Part shown: positions 18,084 to 27,316 of the stretch, piece after piece
Numbering within the stretch: the stretch's first letter is position 1
How the letters are laid out: the number at the start of each line of letters is the position of its first letter
Source: a virus
Length of the DNA stretch: 64,000 nucleotides
IMG/VR virus record: IMGVR_UViG_3300028840_004786
Direction: 5' to 3' (one strand)
The notes under the pieces: model-generated
The model's database searches: none
What the model was told of the DNA's origin: nothing
What the model saw: only the letters and a program-made list of their open reading frames with translations
Program-made: the position numbers and the translations under genes

Positions 18084-18263
18084 ATGCCAGAAGAAAACAA
18101 AGAACACATAATGGAATTTAAACCTCCAATTACAGAAGACGAGATAATTTCTTTTATCAACTTTCTCAAAGATTCCGAATATGAAGTAAAGCATTGGGGC
18201 GAAAGAAGTACATACGAAGGGATAAATGATTCAAATTATATTTGTTTCAAAAAAATTTTTTAA
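18084..18263 (+). CDS. hypothetical protein
   Basis: Small ORF. ATG 18084 has better SD spacing than 18078. Confidence 0.45.
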   Translation: MPEENKEHIMEFKPPITEDEIISFINFLKDSEYEVKHWGERSTYEGINDSNYICFKKIF

Positions 18264-18277
18264 AAGGAGATGATATT

Positions 18278-18562
18278 ATGGAAGAAAAATCAAGTGGTAT
18301 AGAGGTTGGAAAGAATTACGAAAAAACACCCGAGATATTATGTCCGCATTGCGGTGGTTTACTTCATCTTCGTATAGATGGCTTTAAACCCGATATTACA
18401 CAGATTGTAAAATCAAATTGTACAAATTGCGGTGGGGAAATATATGCCTGTCTGTTAATCGTTACAGATGTAACGATGAGAGGAGTAGTCGGTGCTGCAC
18501 AAGAGATAGCAAAATTGTTTCGTGAAGAGAAAAAAAGAATTATTACCCCAGCGAATGCATAA
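18278..18562 (+). CDS. zinc-ribbon protein
   Basis: CPHCGG...CTNCGG motifs. AAAGGAG upstream of ATG 18278. Confidence 0.55.
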   Translation: MEEKSSGIEVGKNYEKTPEILCPHCGGLLHLRIDGFKPDITQIVKSNCTNCGGEIYACLLIVTDVTMRGVVGAAQEIAKLFREEKKRIITPANA

Positions 18563-18565
18563 AAA

Positions 18566-18597
18566 ATCCCCGGAGGGAAAGGAGGAAACCTCCGGGG
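18566..18597. terminator. GC-rich hairpin at the convergence point of the two arms (likely bidirectional terminator)
   Basis: TCCCCGGAGG (18566-18575), a 12-nt loop, then CCTCCGGGGA (18588-18597). A-run upstream. Lies between the last plus-strand and last minus-strand genes. Confidence 0.7.
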
Positions 18598-18622
18598 ATA
18601 AGGCAATCGGTGGCTGGGTCTT

Positions 18623-18991
18623 TTATGATCTTGGTTTTAAAGCCGATCTTTGTAATTCATAAAGGCCAGTCGCCGATGTGCCAACCATCATTCCGTATAA
18701 TATATGATCTATCCATATCCTGAAATCTAAAGGACCTTCCTTATTATAATACATTGCTACAATTCCAAGAAGTATTCCAAACAGAACAGATAAAGGCGTT
18801 TTAAGTCGATCTGGAATTGATGGAACAAACTTATAGAATAGTCCAAGTATTATAGATACGAGAATTGGAACGCTATAACCTGCGAGTGTTAACTCTTCCA
18901 CTTCTGTTCCATTTGCTTCCGCCCAAGCGAATGTAGCTATAATACATAGGCAAATGGGGACTAACAAAATTTTAACAGCTTTAAATAACAT
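18623..18991 (-). CDS. holin-like membrane protein
   Basis: 122 aa with 3-4 hydrophobic helices and a charged C-terminus. It is the last gene of the late arm and loosely resembles phi-LC3-type holins. Confidence 0.5.
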   Translation of the reverse strand: MLFKAVKILLVPICLCIIATFAWAEANGTEVEELTLAGYSVPILVSIILGLFYKFVPSIPDRLKTPLSVLFGILLGIVAMYYNKEGPLDFRIWIDHILYGMMVGTSATGLYELQRSALKPRS

Positions 18992-19018
18992 TTGCGGCCT
19001 CCTTACGAAGATTTTTTA

Positions 19019-19507
19019 CTACTCTTTAGGGCAAAATAAATCCTTTCTAAATAGGTTGTTTCCAGCCCGGATAATATACTTATCATCATATTCGCCAATC
19101 AAAGATGGTGAAGCATATAAATTCAAATTCTTATTAACGATTCTTTTTAATAGAAGTACTTTCTCCGGGTCATCAACAAGATTTGTTCGCTTTATCATTT
19201 CAGATACGACGGTATCATAAGAAATTGGATAATTTTCAACATACCAATCTGCAACCTCTTTATCAAACTTGCATATCCATAATCTATCGACATCCGCAAA
19301 CACAATACTTCCAGCAACACCAGTAAATATCCACCCATAAGCCGTTTCTGGAGTAATCTTAAGCTCAGCCGATCGGTCGCAAATATAACTTTCAACACCT
19401 TCAGGTGGTGGACACACTTTACTTTCAGACTGTTGACCAATGTTGATCGGCAATCCAGAACATCCAAAAACAAAAGCAAACAAAAGAATAATGATTAGTT
19501 TTTTCAT
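19019..19507 (-). CDS. lipoprotein, unknown function
   Basis: MKKLIIILLFAFVFGCSG lipobox. AGGAGG upstream of ATG 19507. Confidence 0.65.
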   Translation of the reverse strand: MKKLIIILLFAFVFGCSGLPINIGQQSESKVCPPPEGVESYICDRSAELKITPETAYGWIFTGVAGSIVFADVDRLWICKFDKEVADWYVENYPISYDTVVSEMIKRTNLVDDPEKVLLLKRIVNKNLNLYASPSLIGEYDDKYIIRAGNNLFRKDLFCPKE

Positions 19508-19531
19508 AACTCCTCCTCTCAATTGAAAAGA

Positions 19532-20275
19532 TTAATTAGTTGTTACTGTAACCCTCAAACTAAATGGGGCTCCCATTGAAGCGCGCACTCCTTTTTCTGC
19601 ACTCTGTGCAGATACATTTGCTTCAATATCCTCAGCCTTTACTACAAAATAAATCCACTTCCCTCTTTCTTCAGAAGGAACAGAATAAGAATAAGTATCA
19701 GTTGAAGCAATTCCAATTTCGACATATGGGCCACCACTTACAGAACTCTTGAGTACTCTATATTGGGAAACATCTTCATCCGATGGCGCTGTCCATGTCA
19801 AGTTGATCATTTTACTTTGATTATTATAATTCCCATCAAGTGCAGTCGGAATTCCGGGCGGTTTAAAATCTATTCTTACAGGTCCAGGTTCCGTTTCATT
19901 TAATGGTATTGCAGCAATTGATGGAATACTTCCAATACCGTCATTGTCAATTGCTTGCATAACGAACCAAAGATTGACTTCTTCTCCATCTGGAACAATA
20001 ATATCAACAGGGGATTGATATGGCTGGGTAGCTGCAGGATCATATGGAATTGTTAAAACTTCTGTATAGTCATTTGGAAAAACCGCATTTACTGCATACT
20101 CCTTTTGTGTACTCCATAGTTTCCATTCTTTAAGTGTTTCGAGATCAGTTTCACCTTGCTCCCATTGAAAAGTCATTGTTTTTGTTCCAGCATCACACAG
20201 CGCAAGCCCGAACATAAGTGACCAGAAAATGACGAGACAAATATCCATTATTAGATGCGAAAATTTTATTCTCAT
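19532..20275 (-). CDS. secreted or membrane-anchored protein with fibronectin-III-like region
   Basis: Start set at MRIKFSHLIMDICLVIFWSLMFGLALC (signal/anchor). The segment LTWTAPSDEDVSQYRVLKS...YFVVKAEDIEANVS is FN3-like. Confidence 0.5.
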   Translation of the reverse strand: MRIKFSHLIMDICLVIFWSLMFGLALCDAGTKTMTFQWEQGETDLETLKEWKLWSTQKEYAVNAVFPNDYTEVLTIPYDPAATQPYQSPVDIIVPDGEEVNLWFVMQAIDNDGIGSIPSIAAIPLNETEPGPVRIDFKPPGIPTALDGNYNNQSKMINLTWTAPSDEDVSQYRVLKSSVSGGPYVEIGIASTDTYSYSVPSEERGKWIYFVVKAEDIEANVSAQSAEKGVRASMGAPFSLRVTVTTN

Positions 20276-20288
20276 TTTTACATTCCCC

Positions 20289-20714
20289 CTATTCTTCTTC
20301 TTTTTTATAATCCCATTTTGGAGTCTTCCAATTAAAACGATATTGATATGAATCATGCCTATCAATTTCTTTTCTCAAACTCGTTATCTCGCTCTCTACG
20401 CTTTGAAACTTTGCCTCCATCTTTGTTTCCACTATTGCAATATTTTTATCTACACCATATATTCCATGATAGACAAATGCAAGACCACCTACGACAATCC
20501 CAACAAATAAATAAAAAAGTTTATTTGGAACCTTTTGTTTCACATCATCCCAAATTACTTTATGATCACTTTTATTATTCTTTAATGACTCCTCATGACT
20601 CTCGAGCGTTTTTGAATGCGCAACATGGCATAAACATTTTTTTACTACGACCTCAAGTTGTTGCCTCCTCTCTGGACCAGAATATGTTTCTGTTCTAATT
20701 ATGTTTTCATCCAT
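20289..20714 (-). CDS. single-pass membrane protein with C-terminal coiled coil (i-spanin-like topology)
   Basis: TM helix LFYLFVGIVVGGLAFVYHGIY followed by a helical segment. Confidence 0.4.
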   Translation of the reverse strand: MDENIIRTETYSGPERRQQLEVVVKKCLCHVAHSKTLESHEESLKNNKSDHKVIWDDVKQKVPNKLFYLFVGIVVGGLAFVYHGIYGVDKNIAIVETKMEAKFQSVESEITSLRKEIDRHDSYQYRFNWKTPKWDYKKEEE

Positions 20715-20716
20715 GA

Positions 20717-21064
20717 TTATGTTTCCTTTATTTTAAGGATGACATCCTTTTCCCATTTCTCAGATGATGTTGTTACACATCTAAAAGTTATTTTATAAGG
20801 GGTATCATCTACGGTTCCGCCTTTTATAAGGCATTTAAGATATCCTTGCTCAGTTCCGATTCCTATTGCTATTGAACCCTGATCTGTTACTACACTCGTA
20901 GCATCCTCTCCATCCTTATCTTCCGCTGAGACGGCACAACTGCCAAGAACGAGGTCTTCACCACCAACTATATCCATATTTTTTGAGAAATTTGCGGCAA
21001 TTACAAACTCCTCGTATGATTGCTTCTCCAATTTTCCAGGTCTAACTTTATTAACTGTACTCAT
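20717..21064 (-). CDS. hypothetical virion-module protein
   Basis: 115-aa ORF, translationally coupled (ATGA) to the upstream small ORF. Confidence 0.5.
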   Translation of the reverse strand: MSTVNKVRPGKLEKQSYEEFVIAANFSKNMDIVGGEDLVLGSCAVSAEDKDGEDATSVVTDQGSIAIGIGTEQGYLKCLIKGGTVDDTPYKITFRCVTTSSEKWEKDVILKIKET

Positions 21065-21210
21065 TTTTGATCCTCCCTCGTATAGGAACGAATTACTTCT
21101 TCGCGGTCAAATGACTCTATTTCTTCGCGGTCAAATGACTCTATTTCTTCGCGGTCAAAGACACGTGTTGCTTCCTCTCGATCAAAGACAACTTCCACAT
21201 CCGTTGCCAT
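21061..21210 (-). CDS. 49-aa acidic repeat protein (FDREE x4)
   Basis: MATDVEVVFDREEATRVFDREEIESFDREEIESFDREEVIRSYTREDQK. Encoded over 24-nt tandem repeats at 21097-21160. TAATG and ATGA overlaps with both neighbours. Below the track cutoff. Confidence 0.5.
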   Translation of the reverse strand: MATDVEVVFDREEATRVFDREEIESFDREEIESFDREEVIRSYTREDQK

Positions 21211-21404
21211 TATACTTTACTCCTATCATAAGAACGTTCGATTTTATCAACATTAAAAACACGAGTTATTTTTTCTTTCGTAAAAACCCATTTTGCTTTA
21301 ACAAAAAGAAAGACCTGAAACAATCCACGCTTACAAATAATCCCTTGAGTCATCATACTCTCTGGATTTGAAATTCTTCCCTTTGTTATTAAGCATAAAC
21401 TCAT
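21210..21404 (-). CDS. hypothetical protein
   Basis: 64-aa ORF with an ATGA overlap to the upstream fibre-like gene. Confidence 0.4.
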   Translation of the reverse strand: MSLCLITKGRISNPESMMTQGIICKRGLFQVFLFVKAKWVFTKEKITRVFNVDKIERSYDRSKV

Positions 21405-22228
21405 ATCGTTGTAGTTGTACTCGTTGTAGTTGTACTCGTTGTAGTGGTTGTGGAAGCATAAACTCTTTCACAAATATATTCAACTTGCTGCTGTCCCGAC
21501 CACTGAGCCGTAGCCTGATAAGTTGCAACAAGATCAGCCCCTGTTGCTTGCGAAACTGGTTTATTATAAAGCCTCAACCTTGCCGAAGTTAACAATGATT
21601 GACCTTGATAAACAGTATATTGCTGTTGATCAATTTTAATATTCTCCTGCATCAATCCAAGTGCCCTTTTTAACTCTGTTTCCATATCAACAATAGAAGC
21701 ATCTATTGAAGATATAGAAACATTAATAGAGGAGATATTAGTATTAATTGTTGAAATATTAGTATTTATAGTCGATTGATCATTTTTTATATTTAATAAT
21801 GCATCACTTTCTTGTTGAGTCAAACCGCTCGTTCCAGTCTCAAGTGCAAAAGCATCGGCTGGTACGGTATCACGAACGTTAACAGTATAACCACCTTGTG
21901 TTTTTAACCATGGATCACCGCCACCATCAACGAGAAGATAAGCATTGATAAGATATAATGTATGATCTGCTTCGTATGGCCTCATAAGCCAACCGAATTT
22001 TAAAAAAACATATTTTCCAAGGTATCTAACATTTGGAATAATTGTGTTTCCACCAACTGGCTGATAGAACGGGAACTTAAACTTATTCAAAGTACTATTT
22101 ACTTTCCAGTCGTACTTTGCTGCGCTGTAAATATCCTTAGCAACGTCAAGTGTTAAGGTTCCGCCCACTGGAGCCGTTGTGACATACATTATCCTGTTGA
22201 TGGTATCATAGTCAATATGAGTTGCCAT
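21401..22228 (-). CDS. tail-fibre-like protein with C-terminal poly-Thr tail
   Basis: The N-terminal module shares NSTLNKFKFP with 22658-24559. Contains the repeat INTNISTINTNISSINVSISSIDASI and ends ASTTTTTSTTTTSTTTTI. Confidence 0.6.
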   Translation of the reverse strand: MATHIDYDTINRIMYVTTAPVGGTLTLDVAKDIYSAAKYDWKVNSTLNKFKFPFYQPVGGNTIIPNVRYLGKYVFLKFGWLMRPYEADHTLYLINAYLLVDGGGDPWLKTQGGYTVNVRDTVPADAFALETGTSGLTQQESDALLNIKNDQSTINTNISTINTNISSINVSISSIDASIVDMETELKRALGLMQENIKIDQQQYTVYQGQSLLTSARLRLYNKPVSQATGADLVATYQATAQWSGQQQVEYICERVYASTTTTTSTTTTSTTTTI

Positions 22229-22240
22229 GTCACCGCTCTC

Positions 22241-22645
22241 TTATTTATTTCGCTTTGCGTAATCCAACTCAAGCGCCTTCATTCTATCATGACGCTGCTT
22301 AGGACTTAGATCAAGAGGAACTGAAACTCGCCTAATTACTTGATCCCATTTTGCCCAAACACTTTCAATCCTAATAACAATCCAAAAAGGATTTTTACCT
22401 CTTATATCCCATGTGTCAGCAAAATGACCCCATCCCTCGAATCCTGGAAGCCCTTCAATAAATTTCTTGAATCCTTTTGGGGCTCCGGTTGCAGAGACAC
22501 CTTCAAGTGCTTCAGTTCGAAAACGAAAACACCAATATCTCGCTCGCCGATGGGTTGTCCTTCCAGGAGTCTCTGACTTAAGATCAGAACCAACTAATAT
22601 CTGACCTTTAAAAAACGCAGATTTCTTCTTTTTACTTCTTTCCAT
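22241..22645 (-). CDS. hypothetical protein between fibre genes
   Basis: 134-aa ORF with GGAGGAG upstream. Confidence 0.5.
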   Translation of the reverse strand: MERSKKKKSAFFKGQILVGSDLKSETPGRTTHRRARYWCFRFRTEALEGVSATGAPKGFKKFIEGLPGFEGWGHFADTWDIRGKNPFWIVIRIESVWAKWDQVIRRVSVPLDLSPKQRHDRMKALELDYAKRNK

Positions 22646-22657
22646 GACTCCTCCATA

Positions 22658-24559
22658 TTACGTGGTTGTCGTCGTTGTAGTAGTTGTGGTTGTAGTGGTT
22701 CCAGGATTAAGATAGACACGCTCATCCGGTGCATTAACTGGAAATGAAAGCCCAGTGGTTGCAGTTATTGTAAATTCAGCAAATGTCCATTCACTTGCTC
22801 TTAACCCTTGGGCAACAATTACTACAGGTGCATCTTCACCAGAATCTCTTCCACCTTGAACATTATTGTCATAGTCAAAGTCAAACGATATACTTGACTG
22901 ATTAACGACACCTTGAATTGGGCTTGGCCCAGCATTATCATTTACAACAATCGCATCCAACGAATCAAATGGTTTTTCTTCAACCGTAACTGTGTCACCT
23001 GCTGTTTCATTAACCTGCGTACGACCAAGAACGTCATCATAGTCAACTGCCAATGTTGCAGGTGTTCCAGTCGCCTGTTTCAAACCATTGTTTGCCTCAT
23101 TCGTACTAAATCCAGCAATGGTGAAGTAATCATTAGCAGTCAAGTTACTAAAGTCACCATTTGATGCCGACGATAATGTTGCACTCGAGCCGGAGGCACC
23201 AGTAATTGAATAATCATCAGACGAATAAGCTCGAACATTCCTAAAATACATTCGATAAAGAGTGTTTGCATTTTTCTCGTCAACAAGATTATCACTGAAA
23301 ATCATGGATCCAGCTGCAACAAACGGATATGTTCTTTCAGTCGAAGTATTTGGAACGTCTTCACTATCCAAACCATAAGATGCCCCAACACCAACTGTAA
23401 TATCATGAAGAGCAATGTCGTTTGTAATGTTTGTATCAAAGTCATCAAAGCAAACTCCAGGCCAGCTATGAAGCGTATCACCAACATAGTAACAAAGCCG
23501 AACTGCAACCTCACCGTATACTGTCCCGTAACCATCGGTTTCTGGATCGTCGTTAATATTAGTGGATTTACGAAGTCGCTGTTGACAGAACTTATATATC
23601 TCATCTCTGTCGGGCCCAGTAGCCACGCCATTGTACTGCACTGCACGGTTAAACGCGTAGTAATTACTACCTATCTGCCGTTCACCAGGATAGGCTTCCC
23701 ACGTTGCTGTTCCACTAAACGAAGCCCATGGACCACTTTCTCCACCAGTAATCGTTCCGTCTCCAGTACAACGAGCCCAACGACCATCACCGTCCTGGAC
23801 AACATCATTAGTAACATAACTTTGAACTGCAGCAGGAGCAAACAATTGACCCTTGTAGTACTGGAGCTCCATATCTTGATAAGGATCATTTGCACCGTCG
23901 ATGTAAGCTTCCGTTGTTCCAGTATTTTTAATATCATCTTCATTTGAAAGTGGAAGCCTATAGGCAATATAAGTCAATGCCGAATAACCTTGCTCTGTCA
24001 ACAAGTTATAGTCATCGTAAGTGCGTTGCCACATCCGGAGATAACATTTCAAGAAATCGCGGAAGTCATTGCTTCCGCCATCAAAGATTTGAATTGCTTC
24101 ATCCAGAGGCCCAGTTTTATCAAAATCTGTTGTGTTTTGATCAAAGCCTTGTGTCTGTTGATAATTCGCCTGTTGATTATCATCGTATTGACCACCAAGC
24201 GAAATAATACAAGCATGCTCGGCACCATCTGTTTCCTGCCAGCCTGCATCACGCACAAGATCACGAGTTTGAGAATTCGCCGGACCCCAACCATATTGCC
24301 AAATAAACTTTGCCTCATAAATTGCCTTTATTGGAAACTTGAACTTATTAAGAGTTGAATTCGACTTCCATTCTTCTTTGAGAAAAGAATAGAGGCACTG
24401 CATAGTAACACCACTTTCAGAACCCGGATTGTTATCGTTCAAGTTTCCAGCAACACGTAGTTCTACAGTTTTCGCTGCTGTAACAATCGCGACTTCTTCG
24501 GTTGTTGGTGTACCATCCACATCCAATGTCAATTGATCAGGATCGACTATTTTAGCCAT
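22658..24559 (-). CDS. tail fibre / receptor-binding-like protein with C-terminal poly-Thr tail
   Basis: 633 aa. The N-terminal module is paralogous to 21401-22228. Ends NPGTTTTTTTTTTTTT. Confidence 0.6.
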   Translation of the reverse strand: MAKIVDPDQLTLDVDGTPTTEEVAIVTAAKTVELRVAGNLNDNNPGSESGVTMQCLYSFLKEEWKSNSTLNKFKFPIKAIYEAKFIWQYGWGPANSQTRDLVRDAGWQETDGAEHACIISLGGQYDDNQQANYQQTQGFDQNTTDFDKTGPLDEAIQIFDGGSNDFRDFLKCYLRMWQRTYDDYNLLTEQGYSALTYIAYRLPLSNEDDIKNTGTTEAYIDGANDPYQDMELQYYKGQLFAPAAVQSYVTNDVVQDGDGRWARCTGDGTITGGESGPWASFSGTATWEAYPGERQIGSNYYAFNRAVQYNGVATGPDRDEIYKFCQQRLRKSTNINDDPETDGYGTVYGEVAVRLCYYVGDTLHSWPGVCFDDFDTNITNDIALHDITVGVGASYGLDSEDVPNTSTERTYPFVAAGSMIFSDNLVDEKNANTLYRMYFRNVRAYSSDDYSITGASGSSATLSSASNGDFSNLTANDYFTIAGFSTNEANNGLKQATGTPATLAVDYDDVLGRTQVNETAGDTVTVEEKPFDSLDAIVVNDNAGPSPIQGVVNQSSISFDFDYDNNVQGGRDSGEDAPVVIVAQGLRASEWTFAEFTITATTGLSFPVNAPDERVYLNPGTTTTTTTTTTTTT

Positions 24560-24605
24560 TTAACTACCTCCAAAAAATAATAATAATAAAAGTTGTAATT
24601 CAATA

Positions 24606-26909
24606 TTACGTGGTAGTGGTTGTAGTAGTCGTTGTAGTCGACGTCGTTGTACAAGCATAAGTAACATTGGCATCCTTTCTTTGTTGTACAGGAATTGAAG
24701 CATCTTGATTCCCGAGTATTTCATCTTCGTATGCTATGAACTCATAACACACATGATGAATATGGATATCAACTGTTACTGGACCACCGTAAATATATGA
24801 ATAGTTAGTTTCGCCATTGGAACCTACATCCTCAACATGAAATATCTCAACGCTTCCTTCCATATAAGTTACTTCAGTTCCGGGTTTCAAGCCTGTTAAA
24901 GTATGAGTTCTCTGTACTGCCGGAATATATTGTGTACCATCATCCGCAGTAAAGTATTCAACAGTACCAGAACCTCTTTTTGCCAACCAAACACCTTCCG
25001 TCAAGTTGACATTTCTTTCCGTATAATATCCAGCCGCACCAGAATATAGTAATTGTGATTGCTCATCCTCACCCCAAATGACTATATCAAATATTTGACT
25101 ATAGGTATCTGGATCACTCGCCATAAAAGCAGCTAAATAATCATAAACAGTTTGTAACGATTTATTATCACAGTCAACAAGCCAAGTATATTCTTCGTAA
25201 AAGCCTGTTACATCAGCCTTCGCTGAAAATGAAGATACACTTCCAGTCAAAGTATAACTATCATTATCAACAAATTCAGTTCCATTCCAGGCCTTTAAAA
25301 CAAGAGTTCCAGAAGTAGCATCACCAAGATATTCTACTACAACACCATTCGCACCAGTTGTACTTTGAGTTATAGTCTCGCCAGCACTTGGAACACTACC
25401 CGTTCCTTGATCGTACTTAAGAACTTTTAATGGACGTGGATCGGTTTCACCTGTCGCATGGCGAGTCATAGTTATTCCACTTCCATTGCTCAAAGCAGTT
25501 GCTTGAGTTGTTTCAGAAACCCCAGTATCTGTTGTAAGCCCTATCGGCTGATCTATAGCTTCGGTTACAGTTAAGGCGCCAAGGAATGGGGAATAAGCGT
25601 GTTTATAAATATGAAGAGCAAAGTCACCACTTGTCTTGACATCAAGACCAACACCACCGTCATTAAATATTCTCTTTAGAATATCTACACTCCATTCTCC
25701 ATTTGAATCAGTGGCTCCATAATGCGGAACATTTTTATTTCTCGTTCCCTCGTATATATGGATTCTTGCTGTTTGTATTGCTGCACCAGCTGGGGTTGTC
25801 ACTATTGTGTCAAATGAAAATAACTCATGAACATATTCCTTTTTAGCATCAACACCGCCAGAAGTCGTTGTAGTTGTCGTACTTGCAAGAGATGCAGAAA
25901 AAAGTATATCATTTTGTGAAGAAATATCAGGATTCCAAGTTGGATTTACTACTTTCCATTTCTTATTATTATAAACCTGAATATATCTTTGCAAATTAAT
26001 AAACGAAACATTCTTGATAGTTATAGTGTCATCCACATCGTCATCAGAAGTAGTAAAACCATAACAATCAACAATATTTAATTCCTGAATATCAGTACTT
26101 CCATCAACCAATAAATAATCATTCGAAGTTCCTATTCCTTGTAATAGACTATCATATATTTCAATAACTCCAGTCATATCACAAGTATAGAGCCCTTTAA
26201 ATATCTTCGCTCTACGAAATACTACAGTCCCATTAAATTCCGTTTTATTATTTTTTACGCACGACATAAAGAAGTCATACAAATAAGCCAATCCACCACT
26301 TTGAATATCAAAAGCGAACTCTCCATCAACTGCTGGTGTCGGGACTATATAACCACCAGAAACAGGTTTTCCACCCGATAGAAATCCAACATACAGTGTT
26401 CCACCGCTGTAAACAATAATATCAGCTACGGTAGTACTACTATTATCTGCAGTCTCAATACTATGGCCGTCAAGTAAAGCTAATCCACCACCACTACTAA
26501 CTTCAATAATATCAGAGGCAGCCCAATCAGTAACTCTTTTCAAAAGTTCCTTGAAGGCATTTCCTTTACTATCCAAGTCCGTTGTTCCATATGGAATATG
26601 ATAAGTATCAGTTGAAGATGGTTGAACATCCCAATCTTCATGAACAGTACATGTAACAGGCCCACTTCCACTTTCAGCAATAATGTAACGAACTTCTTCA
26701 TCTGCATCACCCTTGCGAACATGGACAAGCCTCCCGACATAACTTGCAGTTCCATCTGTCGGAGGCCCAACAACATTCCCATTATTATTAGTGCCCATCG
26801 GATTTGAAAAAATTATTTCATCCGCTGCGGCAGAAGCTTGACTTGGTAATGCTTCACCAGTACTGTCTTTAGCATATGTAGTACAATCTAATGGATTGGC
26901 TATAGCCAT
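24606..26909 (-). CDS. large fibre/spike-like protein with internal and C-terminal poly-Thr tracts
   Basis: 767 aa, rich in Gly/Thr/Ser/Val (beta-rich). Internal STTTTTTSGG tract. Ends CTTTSTTTTTTTTTT. Confidence 0.55.
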   Translation of the reverse strand: MAIANPLDCTTYAKDSTGEALPSQASAAADEIIFSNPMGTNNNGNVVGPPTDGTASYVGRLVHVRKGDADEEVRYIIAESGSGPVTCTVHEDWDVQPSSTDTYHIPYGTTDLDSKGNAFKELLKRVTDWAASDIIEVSSGGGLALLDGHSIETADNSSTTVADIIVYSGGTLYVGFLSGGKPVSGGYIVPTPAVDGEFAFDIQSGGLAYLYDFFMSCVKNNKTEFNGTVVFRRAKIFKGLYTCDMTGVIEIYDSLLQGIGTSNDYLLVDGSTDIQELNIVDCYGFTTSDDDVDDTITIKNVSFINLQRYIQVYNNKKWKVVNPTWNPDISSQNDILFSASLASTTTTTTSGGVDAKKEYVHELFSFDTIVTTPAGAAIQTARIHIYEGTRNKNVPHYGATDSNGEWSVDILKRIFNDGGVGLDVKTSGDFALHIYKHAYSPFLGALTVTEAIDQPIGLTTDTGVSETTQATALSNGSGITMTRHATGETDPRPLKVLKYDQGTGSVPSAGETITQSTTGANGVVVEYLGDATSGTLVLKAWNGTEFVDNDSYTLTGSVSSFSAKADVTGFYEEYTWLVDCDNKSLQTVYDYLAAFMASDPDTYSQIFDIVIWGEDEQSQLLYSGAAGYYTERNVNLTEGVWLAKRGSGTVEYFTADDGTQYIPAVQRTHTLTGLKPGTEVTYMEGSVEIFHVEDVGSNGETNYSYIYGGPVTVDIHIHHVCYEFIAYEDEILGNQDASIPVQQRKDANVTYACTTTSTTTTTTTTTT

Positions 26910-27100
26910 TACTTATCCTTTATCTTGATTTTAAATTCTTTTTTAAGAATTTCAAGTTTTTCAGGAGCAAATTCTTTTTCTCCACGCATACATTTACTCA
27001 CATTTATAGAAGACATATCAAGTGCTTCAGCAAGAGCATTAAATGGAATCCGTTCGGCTTTTAATTTTTTCATTACCTGTTCAGTTATTTTAACTTTCAT
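26909..27100 (-). CDS. small helix-turn-helix-like protein
   Basis: The 63-aa sequence IPFNALAEALDMSSINVSKCMRGEK resembles an XRE-type HTH. Confidence 0.4.
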   Translation of the reverse strand: MKVKITEQVMKKLKAERIPFNALAEALDMSSINVSKCMRGEKEFAPEKLEILKKEFKIKIKDK

Positions 27101-27315
27101 TCTTTTTCTCCAGTAGTCATTTTACTCTTGCTAATTGTTCCAACTGTAAGCCTATGTTTTCCGAAGTCAAATTTCTTTGTTGCCCAAAAACCTGAATGCT
27201 CATCAGAACCTTCCGTATAAATGAGCAAGTTAACCATTATAAGTCCTTTTTTATGCTCCCTTAGAACTTCGTACATTTTATTCAGCATCTGATCCAATTG
27301 GTTACTGACAGGCAT
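27097..27315 (-). CDS. hypothetical protein
   Basis: 72-aa ORF coupled to its neighbours. Confidence 0.45.
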   Translation of the reverse strand: MPVSNQLDQMLNKMYEVLREHKKGLIMVNLLIYTEGSDEHSGFWATKKFDFGKHRLTVGTISKSKMTTGEKE

Positions 27316-27316
27316 C

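Noticed and set aside
22913-24358. Several plus- and minus-strand ORFs inside fibre gene 22658-24559 (for example 23405-23947 and 23990-24358)
   Set aside because: They are nested in a 633-aa ORF with a coherent fibre-like sequence. They have no SD and low-complexity composition.
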